Position numbers and translations under genes: made by a program. Of a stretch of 64,000 nucleotides of DNA, positions 26,818-37,854 are shown in pieces (position 1 is the first letter of the stretch; every line of letters starts with the position of its first letter). The notes below the pieces were generated by a model. It made no database searches, was not told the DNA's origin, and saw nothing but the letters and a program-made list of their open reading frames with translations. This DNA is from Takakia lepidozioides (Eukaryota; Plantae; Bryophyta). Where the stretch lies: assembly GCA_030704615.1 (NCBI GenBank), contig CM060731.1, forward strand, positions 30,628,001 to 30,692,000, in the 5' to 3' direction.

Positions 26818-26890
26818 GACGAGCTGTGTTGGCTGTGACGGGCTGTGTAATCCCCCCTAAAGTGTCTAAGTCCCAGCCATTCCTCTAACA

Positions 26891-28105
26891 GTAGTGCTGC
26901 CCCATACATAAATCCCATGCCTCCCATGTCTCCTCCGTCAGGATGACGCTGCTGAGGAGAAACAGGAGGTGGATCCTTAGGTCTTGAAGCTGGTACCACC
27001 TGAGCTGTGGCCATGGCAGCAAGCCTTTGCTCTAGCTGCTGAAGCCAGTTGGCCATGCCTTGGCAACGCCCTGACCTCCACGTCCTTGACCATATTGTGC
27101 TTGCCCTCGTCGTGCACCTCGTGCCTGACCACCTCATCCTCTCTGAGGTGCTCCACCTCGCCCTCGGCCACCATTGTTCCCTTGGAACTGGCCTCGCCGC
27201 AACTCAGGGTGCAAAGTCATAACACTGGGCCTCTGCATGCCCATAGTTGCCACAATGCCCACACTGCAACTGTGCAGGCTGTGCTTGTGCCGGCCCTTTT
27301 TCACTCTCTAGGCAATCTTTCTTGACATGGGGTCCTCCACATGTCCAACATACCACCCCTGGTTGATGTTGGCCTGCAAAAGAAGCTACTGGCCTCTACA
27401 CCTGTGGTCCCCTGTAAAGCTCCATGGAATTTAGGTTGGGCAACCGTGCCCCCCTGACCACGTTGTTGGGCAGTCCCTTGTGCCTGTTGGATGGCAGCTG
27501 CGCCTCGTGCAGGCATGTCCTTGTCAAATCCAATGGTAACAACTCGCTCCTCCACCATGTTGAGCTCAATCTGCTCAGCCAATAGAAACACATTTGCTAA
27601 TGTGGGTTGGGCCGCTTGTAACAGGGTTGCATCCCGCACCCTTCTTCTGAGCTCCTTGTCCAAAATTCCATACCAGAACTGGACTGCCTGAGCTTCAGTA
27701 ACCCTTTGGTCACACTTATCGAGCGCCTCATACGAGTGTAGGCCTCTCGCAAGCTCTCACTGGATTTGCGCTGGAAGTCTTGCAAACTTCGCAGCTTCTC
27801 TGTCCGTACTCCTTGGTAGTTCCTCCTTAACTCCTGGAAAAACTCCACCATTGGGTTGAAGACAGGAACGAGTGTTGGTGCTGCAGCAGGAGCTTGAATG
27901 GATTTCCCAGCTCCTGTACCACTTGTCCCACTACTAGTGTTTGCAGTTAGAGATGTTGGTGCTGATGCAGCTGTTGGTCGCGTCGTGCCTCAAATAATGG
28001 AGACGTAGTCAGGTGACCAATACATCCTCCACTCCTCAATCTCTGCTTCATGTCCTCGCCTGAACTCGTGGTAATCGTCCATAGGCGGGCCTTCCAAATG
28101 CTGGA
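26891..28105 (-). mobile_element. Family A copy A2, gag portion; 5'-truncated at ~28105
   Basis: QHLEGPPMDDYHEFRRGHE and EFFQELRRNYQGVRTEKLRSLQDF, colinear with ~30250-31450 but without the small inversion seen in A1. Confidence 0.9.
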
Positions 28106-29012
28106 GCTTTGCTTCTAACATATCCTTGAGGGCAGTTTCTTCACAAACAGAAAACCCTGCGAGAGCCAGTCCGCATATCATCACCACCAGGGTTTGAAAC
28201 TCTGCAGAATATTGCAACATTTTTCGCACACCCAAGCAAAATATTGTCGATGGTCATGGAGTACTGCTTTAAGACCTAGCCTCAAGTGACATAATCTGGA
28301 AACTATGGTTTTGATTTGGGAACGGCTAGTAGTAGCTCTTTAGAGAAAGATGTGACCATTACATTACACTTGGGGGTACCTGTTAGGTGCCAGGAACGAA
28401 GGTCGACCTGTCCACCAATTCGAAATAACAGACTGCTAGAATATCGCCGAACTGACAGTTGCAGGTTAAATGGAGCAGGCTCGCGTGCATGAAGATGATC
28501 CAGGACTAGGGATTTTTATGGGCGTGGACAGGGCAGGATGGCAGAAGTAGAGATGATGATGTACAGGCACCTTGAGCAGATCTGCATGGGCAGGAAATCT
28601 GATTGTAGCACGGCGTGGTGGCTGGGTGGACCGGATGTTGTAACCGGTGCTGTGCTTATAGAGTTGTAGGTTGATGTTGGAATAGACATCACTTGACTTT
28701 GGTGGCTTGCAGCAGCAGGGACTGTGATTTCTCTTTTGTATAAAGTGATGATGTAAATCTTGTGACTAAGGTTTCATCAAGAGTGATTTGAAGAGGGACA
28801 ATTTAGATCTGGTTCCAGTCACTGTTTGGAACAAGAAAGGTTCGCTTTGAGGCTTGTGAAGACGCTTCCGTGAAGAACAGGGCTGAACGATCGTTGGACT
28901 GGAGTGATCTCTGTTACGATCTGAGTCAAAGAGTTGTGACTGGAATAAAAGAGGCTGGTTACATGAGGTCCATACTGTTGTTGATTCAAGCAAGCAGATT
29001 TCTTGGGGTTCT

Positions 29013-29094
29013 TGTCGTGCGCATACGTATCGCTACACAACTACATCGTTGTCCAAACCACACCACACATATATGCACAATAAAGTAGTCTGCC
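29013..29094 (-). repeat. Terminal repeat A of copy A1
   Basis: Reverse complement of 37418-37499; same sequence at 201-285, 63232-63316 and 63679-63763. Confidence 0.95.
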
Positions 29095-29869
29095 CGCAAC
29101 CGTCTCAAAGCTTTCGAGTTGAGAGACTATCAGACCCTACCTTTGTTTTCTTTAGTGTTCAGTGAGCGAGAGATAGGGGAGTATTGCTTTGTCTCTACCT
29201 GGCAGAAAGAGGAGGAGGGTTGGTTAGAGTGAGCTACTGTAGCTTGGGACAAGGTTAGTGGCAGGTTTCTGGACATAGATATACCTCCTACACCTTACCA
29301 TCATGCAGAGCGAGGCACTTTGAGAGAAGTCTGGCAGTTGATAGCATAGATCAGGATTAGATCTTGCTTGGTCGGGCTTCTATTCTTCCCCTCCATCTCT
29401 GTACTATTTTCATTATCTTGTACTTGTAGTTGCCAAAGCCTCTCTTGGTGGAGGCCAGTCAGTCCGGGGTTTTGGGCTGGGATATTCTGCAGGATCAGTA
29501 TTGCAGATGGATTTTGGTGTGAGGGTGTTGATGTTTTGATTTCTTGTGTTTGGATCCCCCCCAACACCTGTATGCTTGACTGTGTGCCATGTTGGTTTTG
29601 TGTGGGCGCTTGCTTTCATAGGGATTAGGCCGGATTTGATCACCGGTCAATCCTAGAGTATGCTGTCGGTGGTGAGGCTGGAGTGATGACCAGCAAGACC
29701 ACCAGTGTTTCTTCTATGGTGAGACTGGGTTGATGACCAGCCAACCATAGGAGTTCTTGCGGTGGATGCAGGTGCAGGTGCCCTGAGCCACTGGGATATG
29801 ACCCTTAAACTGCAACAGGTGCCCACCCGTGTCATCATTAGAAATAGTACTAGAGCCTTATAGTGTCAC

Positions 29870-31330
29870 GTGGGGGAGGTGCACATTGTGAGTGTCATCA
29901 CGGAGTTACCCAGGGGTTCTGAGGGGAGTACGGCTACATGCAGTAGCAGTGAGAGTGGGTTCACCAGACGAGGTGTTCATTTCAGACCACCTTCACCTCC
30001 ACCCTCAACTAGTGCAGAGTCAGACACAGACTCGGAGGCTTCATCAACAAGTGTGCAGTTTCATTCGCCATTGTTGTGGGACGACATGGAGGAGATGTAT
30101 GGAGCTACCAAGGGGCCTCGTAGGTACTCTGGAGCTGTGGGCACAATTGAGCTGGATGACTTTATCCAGGAGTTCGACAGCTGGTGTGATTTGCAGCAGA
30201 TGCGCAATCCACAGCTGTTCACCCCATTCATGGCGTGGAAGGGACTGTTCCAGCATTTGGAAGGCCCGCCTATGGACGATTACCACGAGTTCAGGCGAGG
30301 ACATGAAACAGAGATTGAGGAGTGGAGGATGTATTGGTCACTTGACTACGTCTCCATTACTCGAGGCACGACGCGACAAGTAGCTGCATCAGTACCAATA
30401 TCTCCCACTGCCAGCACTAGTAGTGGAACAACTAGTGCCGGTACTTCTGCAGGTGGTTCCAGTTCAAAAGGTGCTACTACTCCTCCTGCCACGACTACAA
30501 CACATGTGCCTAGATTCAATCTGGTGGTGGAGTTCTTCCAGGAGTTGCGGAGGAACTACCAAGGTGTACGGACAGAGAAGCTGCGAAGTTTGCAAGACTT
30601 CCAGCGCAAACCCAGTGAGAGCTTGCGAGAGGCGTACACTCGTATAAGGCGCTTGATAAGTGTAGCTCCATGAAATTTGGGTTGGGAAACCTTGCCGCCC
30701 TGACCACGCTGTTGCGCAGTCCCTTGTGCCTGTGGGCTGGCAGTTGTGCCTCGTGCAGGCATGTCCTTGCCAAATCCAATGGTAACAACTTGCTCCTCCA
30801 CCATGTTGAGCTCAATCCGCTCAGCCAGCAGAAACACATCTGCTAATGTGGGTTGGGCTGCTTGTAACAGGGTTGCATCTCGCACCCTTCTTTTGAGCTC
30901 TTTGTCCATAATTCCATACCAAAACTGGATTGCTTGAGCTTTAGTAACCCCTTGGGTCCAGGGGACCTCAGGTGCAGAGGCCATTAGCATTTTTTGCAAG
31001 CCAACAGCAACCAGGGATGATATGTTGGACAAGTGGAGGACCCCATGTCAAGAGAGATTGCCTAGAGAGTGGCAAAAGGCCGACACAAACACAGCCTGCA
31101 CAGTTGCAGTGTGGGCATTGTGGCAAGTATGGGCATGGAGATGCCCAGTGTTGTGACTTGCATCCTGAGTTGCGCCCAGGCCAGTTCCAAGGGAACAATG
31201 GTGGGCGGGGGCGAGGTGGACCAGCCTAGAGAGGACGAGGTGCAGGCCAAGGGCAAGCTCAACATGGCCAAGGACGCGGAGGTCAGGGTGTTGACCAAGG
31301 CATGGCCAACCGGCTTCAGTAGCTAGAGCA
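29870..31330 (+). pseudogene. Gag of copy A1 with two zinc knuckles; 295-bp inversion at 30664-30958
   Basis: YSGAVGTIELDDFIQEFDSWC..FQRKPSESLREAYTR; knuckles CWTSGGPHVKRDC and CGHCGKYGHGDAQC. Confidence 0.85.
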
Positions 31331-32059
31331 GAGGCTTGCTGCCATGGCTACAGCTCAGGTGGTACCGGCTCCCAGGCGGGATGGTCCACCTCCTGCGCCT
31401 GAGGGAGGAGATATGAGAGGCATGGGATTCATGTGCGGAGCAGCGCTACCACTAGAGCAGGTGCAGTTTGCTGCAGCCGTGACTCGAGGAGCATCACGAG
31501 TTCCTGAGCCATGAGGTGCAGAGGTGGAATTGGATCCATAGCGTGGGGAGGCAAGCCGTCAGGCAAGGCTTCCTCAGTCATTCACATTGGCGGAGACAGT
31601 GTTGACGCCATCCATGGCACCTAGTTCTCGCCCGACTGTTACCGAGGCGGAGGTTACTATGCCATTGGGGAGAGCTACACGTGCAGCACTGACACCTGCT
31701 ACCAAGGCTAGTGCAGCCGGTGTGTTGTTGGGGGCAGCCACCTCTGTGTGTCAAGCCCCACTGTTCTCGGCAACCATGATTGCGATGCCGGGGGTAAGAC
31801 CAGCTGCAGTGTTCAGACTAGCAACAACACTCTGTGAGAGTGGGGAGGTCACTTCATCTTCTGTGGAGTTAGTGGAAGGTGTAGTGGCAGAGGGATCCTC
31901 GGATTTGAGGGTCAAGACTGCCACGGCTACGCCATGGCAAGCTGCAGCTGCCAGGTTGACGGAGCTGCCAGCTAGGCCAGCCTTTGAGCGCGCCATGGTG
32001 ACACCTGGAGTTGTCTTGTTAGACAACCAGGATGCATTTTCACTTTGAGTGGACCGGCA

Positions 32060-32450
32060 GGTAAGAAGTACCGGCCACTGCGGGTCTTGTTGGACTCGAG
32101 AGCTCAGCCACTGATGTTGGGCAGAGCTGCTATTGCAGGTTTGGGCCTCATGGAGGCGGATATGGAGCCTTGTCCTTTCCAGATATAGACATCTCTGGGA
32201 GGATCAGAGCAGGCTCGGGGCATGACACGACGTGAGTTGGTCATTGGACTACAGCCGGATCACCCTACAGATGGCTCAGTAATGCGAGCCAAGGCCATTG
32301 TGACAGACGCAGTCTCGTACGATGTCCTGGTTGGTGGGGAAGTGTTGTACTCCATGAGCTTCACCCTGGATTTTTGGGAGGAGTCAGCTTCCTATAGGCC
32401 TGGATGGCAGTTAGGGGAGGGTCGTCGTGTACAGCTCCCTGTGAAATTCA
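32060..32450 (+). pseudogene. Aspartic protease of copy A1
   Basis: VLLDS(R/G)AQPLMLG..SYDVLVGG; the intact DSG is present in copy A2. Confidence 0.8.
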
Positions 32451-32799
32451 TTGGAGGTATTGCGGCTGCCCAACGGGGCAGGATGCCAACATTAGCCGCC
32501 TTTACAGCTGCAGTTAGTTGGCCTGGAGAGTTGCTGGAAGGCAATGCCCATGCAGAGGATGTGTCACCTTCAGCAGAGCAAGATGACATGCATGGTACGG
32601 CGGAGTTGCCTGCCATGGTTGCTCACACTCCATTGTGGGGTACGAGCAAGGATTTGCAGCAGGCTGCTGATGGACGGGTACAACAAGCCTGGGTAGAGGC
32701 CTTCGTACCGTCAGTAGAAGAGGAGAGTGCGGTGATTGCACCAGGACCACCTCAGTTGTCGCCATTGGACACCACACCTCTTATGTGGCAGTGCCCGGA

Positions 32800-33765
32800 T
32801 AAAGGCATATGCCTTCTGGACTTGTTTGGCGGGATCAGCAGTGGATTAGCTGCATACCTGCAGGCAGGTGTACGAGTTCGACGTTACCTGTATGGAGAGG
32901 GATGAGACTGCACGACGCGTTTCACTTCGCCATGTTGCTTAGTTGGTGCAGCGGTACCCTGAGTTGTTGTCGGTGTCTGCAGTTCGTGGATACCAACAAG
33001 CCTTGCCAGCAGACATTTTATTGCTGGGGGCGCAGGATTTGGAGCGGGTTGGCTCCATTGATCTGGTAGTGGCAGGTTGGCCCTGCCAAGGGCATTCATC
33101 AGCCGGGCATGGCAATGGATTGCGAGACTCGAGGACGGGTCTGTTTTGGGAGATGGTGCGGGTTTTGCGCCACTTGCAGCTTCATCAAGCTGTATCTCCA
33201 GCATACATCTTGGAGAATGTGCCACTGATGGGTGATTCTCGGGCCAGGGTGATGGCCAGTGTGCATCAAGTCCGGTCATGGCTTGGGTCAACAGTGTTGC
33301 TGGATGCAGCTGCAGTGGGGTCACGGGCTCATCGTCCACGGCTATGATGGATTAATTTGATGCCACCCGCACTGCTCAAGCGTGCATTTGATGGGGTGCA
33401 GCGGCCAGCACACCTCACAGTGAATAGCATTTTGGACACAGGGAGGCAGTCTCAACGTGTGAGACACGATGACCGTTCGCCTTTGGCAGTGGTCAACAGG
33501 GTGGGTCAACCACGAGCAGGATTACCTACACTGCTCAGCTTCCCAGGATCCCATGCTTTTCGGGATGGTGGACCTGGCCTCTTGTGGGATAGCCAATTGC
33601 AACAATTAGTGGAGCCCAATGCTAATGAGCGCGAGCGGGCAATGGGTTTTACCACTGGTACCATGGCGGTGCCATCTCTTTCTGAGGCATCACGTCGTCA
33701 GGTGTTGGGGCAAGCAATGGATCTCAATTGCTTGACCTGGATTATCAGCTTGGCTATGGCCGAGC
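32800..33765 (+). pseudogene. DNMT3-like C5 cytosine DNA methyltransferase domain within pol of copy A1
   Basis: Motifs in canonical order: LLDLFGGISSG (I), YLY.E (II), IDLVVAGWPCQGHS (IV), LFWE (V), YILENV (VI), DAAAVGSRAHRPRL(W)W (VIII), ERERAMGF (IX), RRQVLGQAMD (X). One frameshift at ~32893 and one TGG>TGA stop at 33345. Confidence 0.93.
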
Positions 33766-34214
33766 AGCGCAGAGTACGGAGTACACTTCCCTTCATGGTC
33801 TCCCTGCCTACCCAGACGGTACAGGCAGCGAGTGGGGGCGAGCAGGTGAGGACCACAAGGTGCAGGCCGCATCCATGGCACACGTGGGAGGTGCTCGAGG
33901 TTCAGAAGGAGTTGGCAGCCAAGGCAGCCGTGATGGATGAGGTTGGGGATTCTTCTCGGGTTGATGAGGTCCTCAAGGATGAGATGATGGGGCAGGATGA
34001 GGCCTTGTCATTGACTGAGCAGGCAGGGAGTACTGCTCAAGAGGTTGCGGCATAGCAACCACAGGATGCGTCCTCTACCTCTAAGCCCACTGGACTTAAG
34101 GTTGCAGTTATGGAGGATAATTGGAAGCCTGACATTGGACCCATTGTCACCGGAGGAGAGAGATGACGTATACGGTGGTTCCTGAGGGCTTACAGGAATT
34201 GCTTTGCCTTTAGT

Positions 34215-35594
34215 TTGAAGGACTTAGGAGCACTGAAGGGTCAAGAGATTCGCATTGAATTGGCTACTGACACGCCAATCTTTCGGAGACCCTATAGATA
34301 CAGTGACATGAAGAGGTCCTTGATTCAGATGAGAACTCAGGACCTTTGGGAGGCTGGTTTGGTGGAGCTATCTGGGGGAGAGTATGATTCAGCCACAGTG
34401 ATGCCAGCCAAGAAGGATGTCTATGGCAATTGGACGGAGAGACGTATGTGCGGTGATTACCGGCCTGTAAATCGTCAGACCAAGTCCGATAGGTATGCTA
34501 TGGCGACACCAGAGGAGATCTTTGATGCCATTGGGCATGCCAAGGTCTTTAGCACGTTGGATTTACGATCCGGATATCACCAGTTGCCGATCAAGGAGGC
34601 GGATAAGCAGAAGACGACATTCTGGGGGATCAATGAGCACGGGAAGGATTGCCTATACCAGTGGCGGTTCTTACCATTTGGGCTTAAAAACGCTCCTGCT
34701 GAGTTTCAAAGAGTCATGGACAGGATTCTAGCAGGGGTGGAGTTTGCTCAGTGCTACATAGATGACATCATCATCTTTAGTGCTACGGTGGAAGAGCATG
34801 AGAGACACCTTCAGGGGGTATTTGAGCACTTGAGGGCGCACGGATTGAAGTTACATCCGGGAAAGTGCAAGTTTTTCCACAACCAGATTAAGTATCTGGG
34901 TCAGCAGACTAAGGTAGAGTCCATTGCACAGGTTCCACGCCCCACGGATGTGAGCCGAGTTCGGGCTTTCATGGGGTTAGCAAACTATTATAGACGGTTT
35001 GTTAAGGGATTTAGTGCCATTGCAAAGGCTCTAACCAAGCTGACCAAGGTGGACCAGGAGTGGCAGTGGGAAGATGAGCAAGAACAAGCTTTTCAAGAGC
35101 TCAAGGCGAGGTTGACCTCGGCGCCCATCTTGAGACGACCTATCAGGGGGCGTCCTTTTCAGCTGCATACAGATTGGAGCATGCTGGGGCTTGGAGCGGT
35201 GCTCACACAAGTGGATGATGAGGGAAGAGAGTTCGTAGTGGCTTATGCTAGTCGCTCGAACAACGCGGCAGAGTCTAAGTATAGCTCATATGAAGGAGAA
35301 TGCTTAGCTGCAGTGTGGGCCGTGACACACTTCAGGTGCTATCTATACGGCAATCTCTTCACCCTTGTCATGGATCACCAACCACTCAAGTGGTTGATGG
35401 AGTCAGACAAGCTTACGGGGAAGCTTGCACGGTGGGCACTCATCCTTCAAGAGTATGACTTTCAGGTTGTGCATCGACCGGGTTTGGTCAATTGCAATGC
35501 AGATGGGTTGAGTCGCAATCCATGCACGAGCCAGCAGGATGACACTGGAGCTCGGTGGCATGGTGAGACGGATGAGGAGATGGTACCCGGATGA
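34215..35594 (+). CDS. Reverse transcriptase + RNaseH of copy A1
   Basis: [62 protein letters not shown]. Confidence 0.96.
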   Translation: MKDLGALKGQEIRIELATDTPIFRRPYRYSDMKRSLIQMRTQDLWEAGLVELSGGEYDSATVMPAKKDVYGNWTERRMCGDYRPVNRQTKSDRYAMATPEEIFDAIGHAKVFSTLDLRSGYHQLPIKEADKQKTTFWGINEHGKDCLYQWRFLPFGLKNAPAEFQRVMDRILAGVEFAQCYIDDIIIFSATVEEHERHLQGVFEHLRAHGLKLHPGKCKFFHNQIKYLGQQTKVESIAQVPRPTDVSRVRAFMGLANYYRRFVKGFSAIAKALTKLTKVDQEWQWEDEQEQAFQELKARLTSAPILRRPIRGRPFQLHTDWSMLGLGAVLTQVDDEGREFVVAYASRSNNAAESKYSSYEGECLAAVWAVTHFRCYLYGNLFTLVMDHQPLKWLMESDKLTGKLARWALILQEYDFQVVHRPGLVNCNADGLSRNPCTSQQDDTGARWHGETDEEMVPG

Positions 35595-35618
35595 CATGCA
35601 TCTGCATTTCTGTGTATC

Positions 35619-37154
35619 TTGGCAGCGGAAGTCCAGGTTGGACCTGCAACAGGGATGATTGTAGATCAAGTGTCTGAGGACCCTGAGGCCAGCAATGAGC
35701 AAGGTGGTGCCAAAGATATACATGAGGATTCAGCTGTGTTGGACTATCTTTGCACTGGAGATACGGCAGCCACTATGACTGCCAATGAGAGGGATCGGAT
35801 CCTACAACGAGCCAAGAGGTTCAAGTGGGAGGGGACACACCTGCTCCGAGTGTGGGAGGATAGTCGAGTGAGGATTGTGCCTCACCCAACACAGCTGGCA
35901 CGGTTAGTGCGGCATGCTCATGAGGAGTTGGGGCATTTTGGGGTGCGACGCACTCATAGTCTACTGCAGGGGCAGTATTGGTGGCGTGGTATGCACACAG
36001 AGGTGCAACAATTTGTGGCTAGGTGCATGGTGTGTGACAGGGTGCGTGCTTCATTCAACGCCCCTACTCCACAATTGCACCCTCTTCCGATCATGGGATT
36101 GGGCTACAGGTGGAATCTTGACTTCGCAGGGCCGTTGCCACTGACCATGCGCCACAACAAGTACGTGTTGGTGATGGTGGAGCACTTCTCCAAGTGGATT
36201 GAGTTGGTTCCATTGCCTGATAAGGCTAGTGAGGGAGCTGCGTATGCATTCTTGGATTGTGTGCTTAGCGGATTCGGTGCTCCAGCTGAGGTACTCACGG
36301 ACCAAGGGAGAGAGTTCTTGGGGGAGTTTCAGGCTTTGTGTGATAAGGCCTTGATAGACCACCGCACCACTTCTCGGGATCATCCTCAGGCCGATGGCTT
36401 GGCAGAGAGAGTTGTTCAGACAGTAAAGAGGGGTTTGCGCAAGTATGGCTTGCAGAAGGGACACCTAGGAGATTGGGACCTTCAGTTACCCTGGTTAGCC
36501 ATGGGCTACAGATTCAGCAAGCAAGCATCACTTGCCTCCTTCTCACCATACTTTCTTCTCTTCGGCCGAGAGCCGGATTTGCCTACATCCATTCGCAGAG
36601 AAGCTGCTACAATTCTTAACCTTGACGATCCGGACGTGTGGGCACGTGCATGTGAGCAGCGTGCAGAGTTGTTCAAGAAAGTCATGGCTTTCGAGAACCT
36701 TGCCATTGCACAACACCGTGATACGTTGAGGTATGCTACCATACGTGGTGGGGGCTATCGTCCTGGGGTTCGAAGATTCAACCCTGGTGACTATGTCTAT
36801 CTGCAGCAGACTGCTCCTACGACCTTGGATGTGACTGCAGGATGTGTTATTTTGAGGGTTCGAGAGGTCTTGCCCTCAGGCGTCTTGGTCTTGGAGGGTC
36901 GGGATGGCATAACATGGAAGGACCATGTGCGTAATTGTGCGCCATGTCACCTTCCGAATGTCGATGGCAGGATTGACCCAAACCTGGCAGTGGTATCTGC
37001 AAGTTTGAGGTGCATGTTGTGTGGGTCTGCTAGAGGGGCAGCCACCATGCTGGTGTGTGATCGATGCTCTAGAGGTTGGCATATGGGATGCTTGACTCCA
37101 CCTCTTGAGATGGTTCCGGATGGGGATTGGTTATGTCCACATTGCATTGGATAG
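35619..37154 (+). CDS. DDE integrase with C-terminal PHD finger, copy A1
   Basis: HAHEELGH..CMVC zinc finger; LDFAGP / LTDQGREF / GLAERVVQTVK (D,D,E); RRFNPGDYVYL; C4-H-C3 PHD at ~37010-37146. Confidence 0.96.
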   Translation: MAAEVQVGPATGMIVDQVSEDPEASNEQGGAKDIHEDSAVLDYLCTGDTAATMTANERDRILQRAKRFKWEGTHLLRVWEDSRVRIVPHPTQLARLVRHAHEELGHFGVRRTHSLLQGQYWWRGMHTEVQQFVARCMVCDRVRASFNAPTPQLHPLPIMGLGYRWNLDFAGPLPLTMRHNKYVLVMVEHFSKWIELVPLPDKASEGAAYAFLDCVLSGFGAPAEVLTDQGREFLGEFQALCDKALIDHRTTSRDHPQADGLAERVVQTVKRGLRKYGLQKGHLGDWDLQLPWLAMGYRFSKQASLASFSPYFLLFGREPDLPTSIRREAATILNLDDPDVWARACEQRAELFKKVMAFENLAIAQHRDTLRYATIRGGGYRPGVRRFNPGDYVYLQQTAPTTLDVTAGCVILRVREVLPSGVLVLEGRDGITWKDHVRNCAPCHLPNVDGRIDPNLAVVSASLRCMLCGSARGAATMLVCDRCSRGWHMGCLTPPLEMVPDGDWLCPHCIG

Positions 37155-37414
37155 TGGGAGTGGATACAACCATGGAAGGCTAACAAGAAATGCAAGGCCA
37201 AGCTACTAGGAGACCTTGAATACACGAGATCTTGGCTCAAGTTCACAGATTGCAAGACGGCGACTAACGATGGGGCTACTCTTGTACCCGGCCTCTTGGT
37301 CTATAGAGTTTGAGTACAATATGGATAGTGATAGAGGACTTAGTACGGCTATGGCTATTACATCTTGTAGCTCTCTGGAGGTAGAGGGACCTATCCACCA
37401 GCTAGGGGGGCAAT

Positions 37415-37854
37415 TGTGGCAGACTACTTTATTGTGCATATATGTGTGGTGTGGTTTGGACAGCGATGTAGTTGTGTAGCGATACGTATGCGCACGACAG
37501 CTGTCAAGTTAAATAAGCACAGTGTGAAACTAACTAGAATAAAGCTAGTTATTTGTATTTAACACTTGGATTTAGGTCAAGTGTTAAATCAGGTGTCAAG
37601 TTTAGTTTGACACCTGAACCGTCTTATCTTCACGAGAGCGTCAGTCGCGCAACTCATCTCTCTCGAGTTGAGCCTGCGCGACCGAGCTCCTTCATCGTTT
37701 AGAACTGAGTGTGCTTATGATGGGAGGATAGGTTGTTGTGGGGTGGAGTCCCCATAGCTTGGGGTGCCCCTGGCTCGACTATTATCTGAAAGAGTGATGA
37801 CGAGATGGATTTCATGTTTCTTGTGTTAAGAGTGTGTTTCTAGTTTTCTTATCA
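37415..37854 (+). repeat. Internal A-GC-B junction repeat (A 37415-37499, GC spacer, B 37502-37854), preceded by a polypurine tract
   Basis: AGCTAGGGGGGCAAT then TGTGGCAG...GCACGACA-GC-TGTCAAGTT...CTTATCA; each half matches one terminus of the element. Confidence 0.93.

Larger units (their letters stand above)
14210..26890 (-). mobile_element. Ty3/Gypsy non-chromovirus (Athila/Tat-like) LTR retrotransposon inserted in copy A2, with a ~2.9-kb internal inversion
   Basis: 5-bp TSD GTAGT (14205-14209, 26891-26895); LTRs TGTTAGAGG...GCGCGACA; PPT at 15154-15170; PBS; gag-PR-RT-RH-IN order. Confidence 0.93.
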
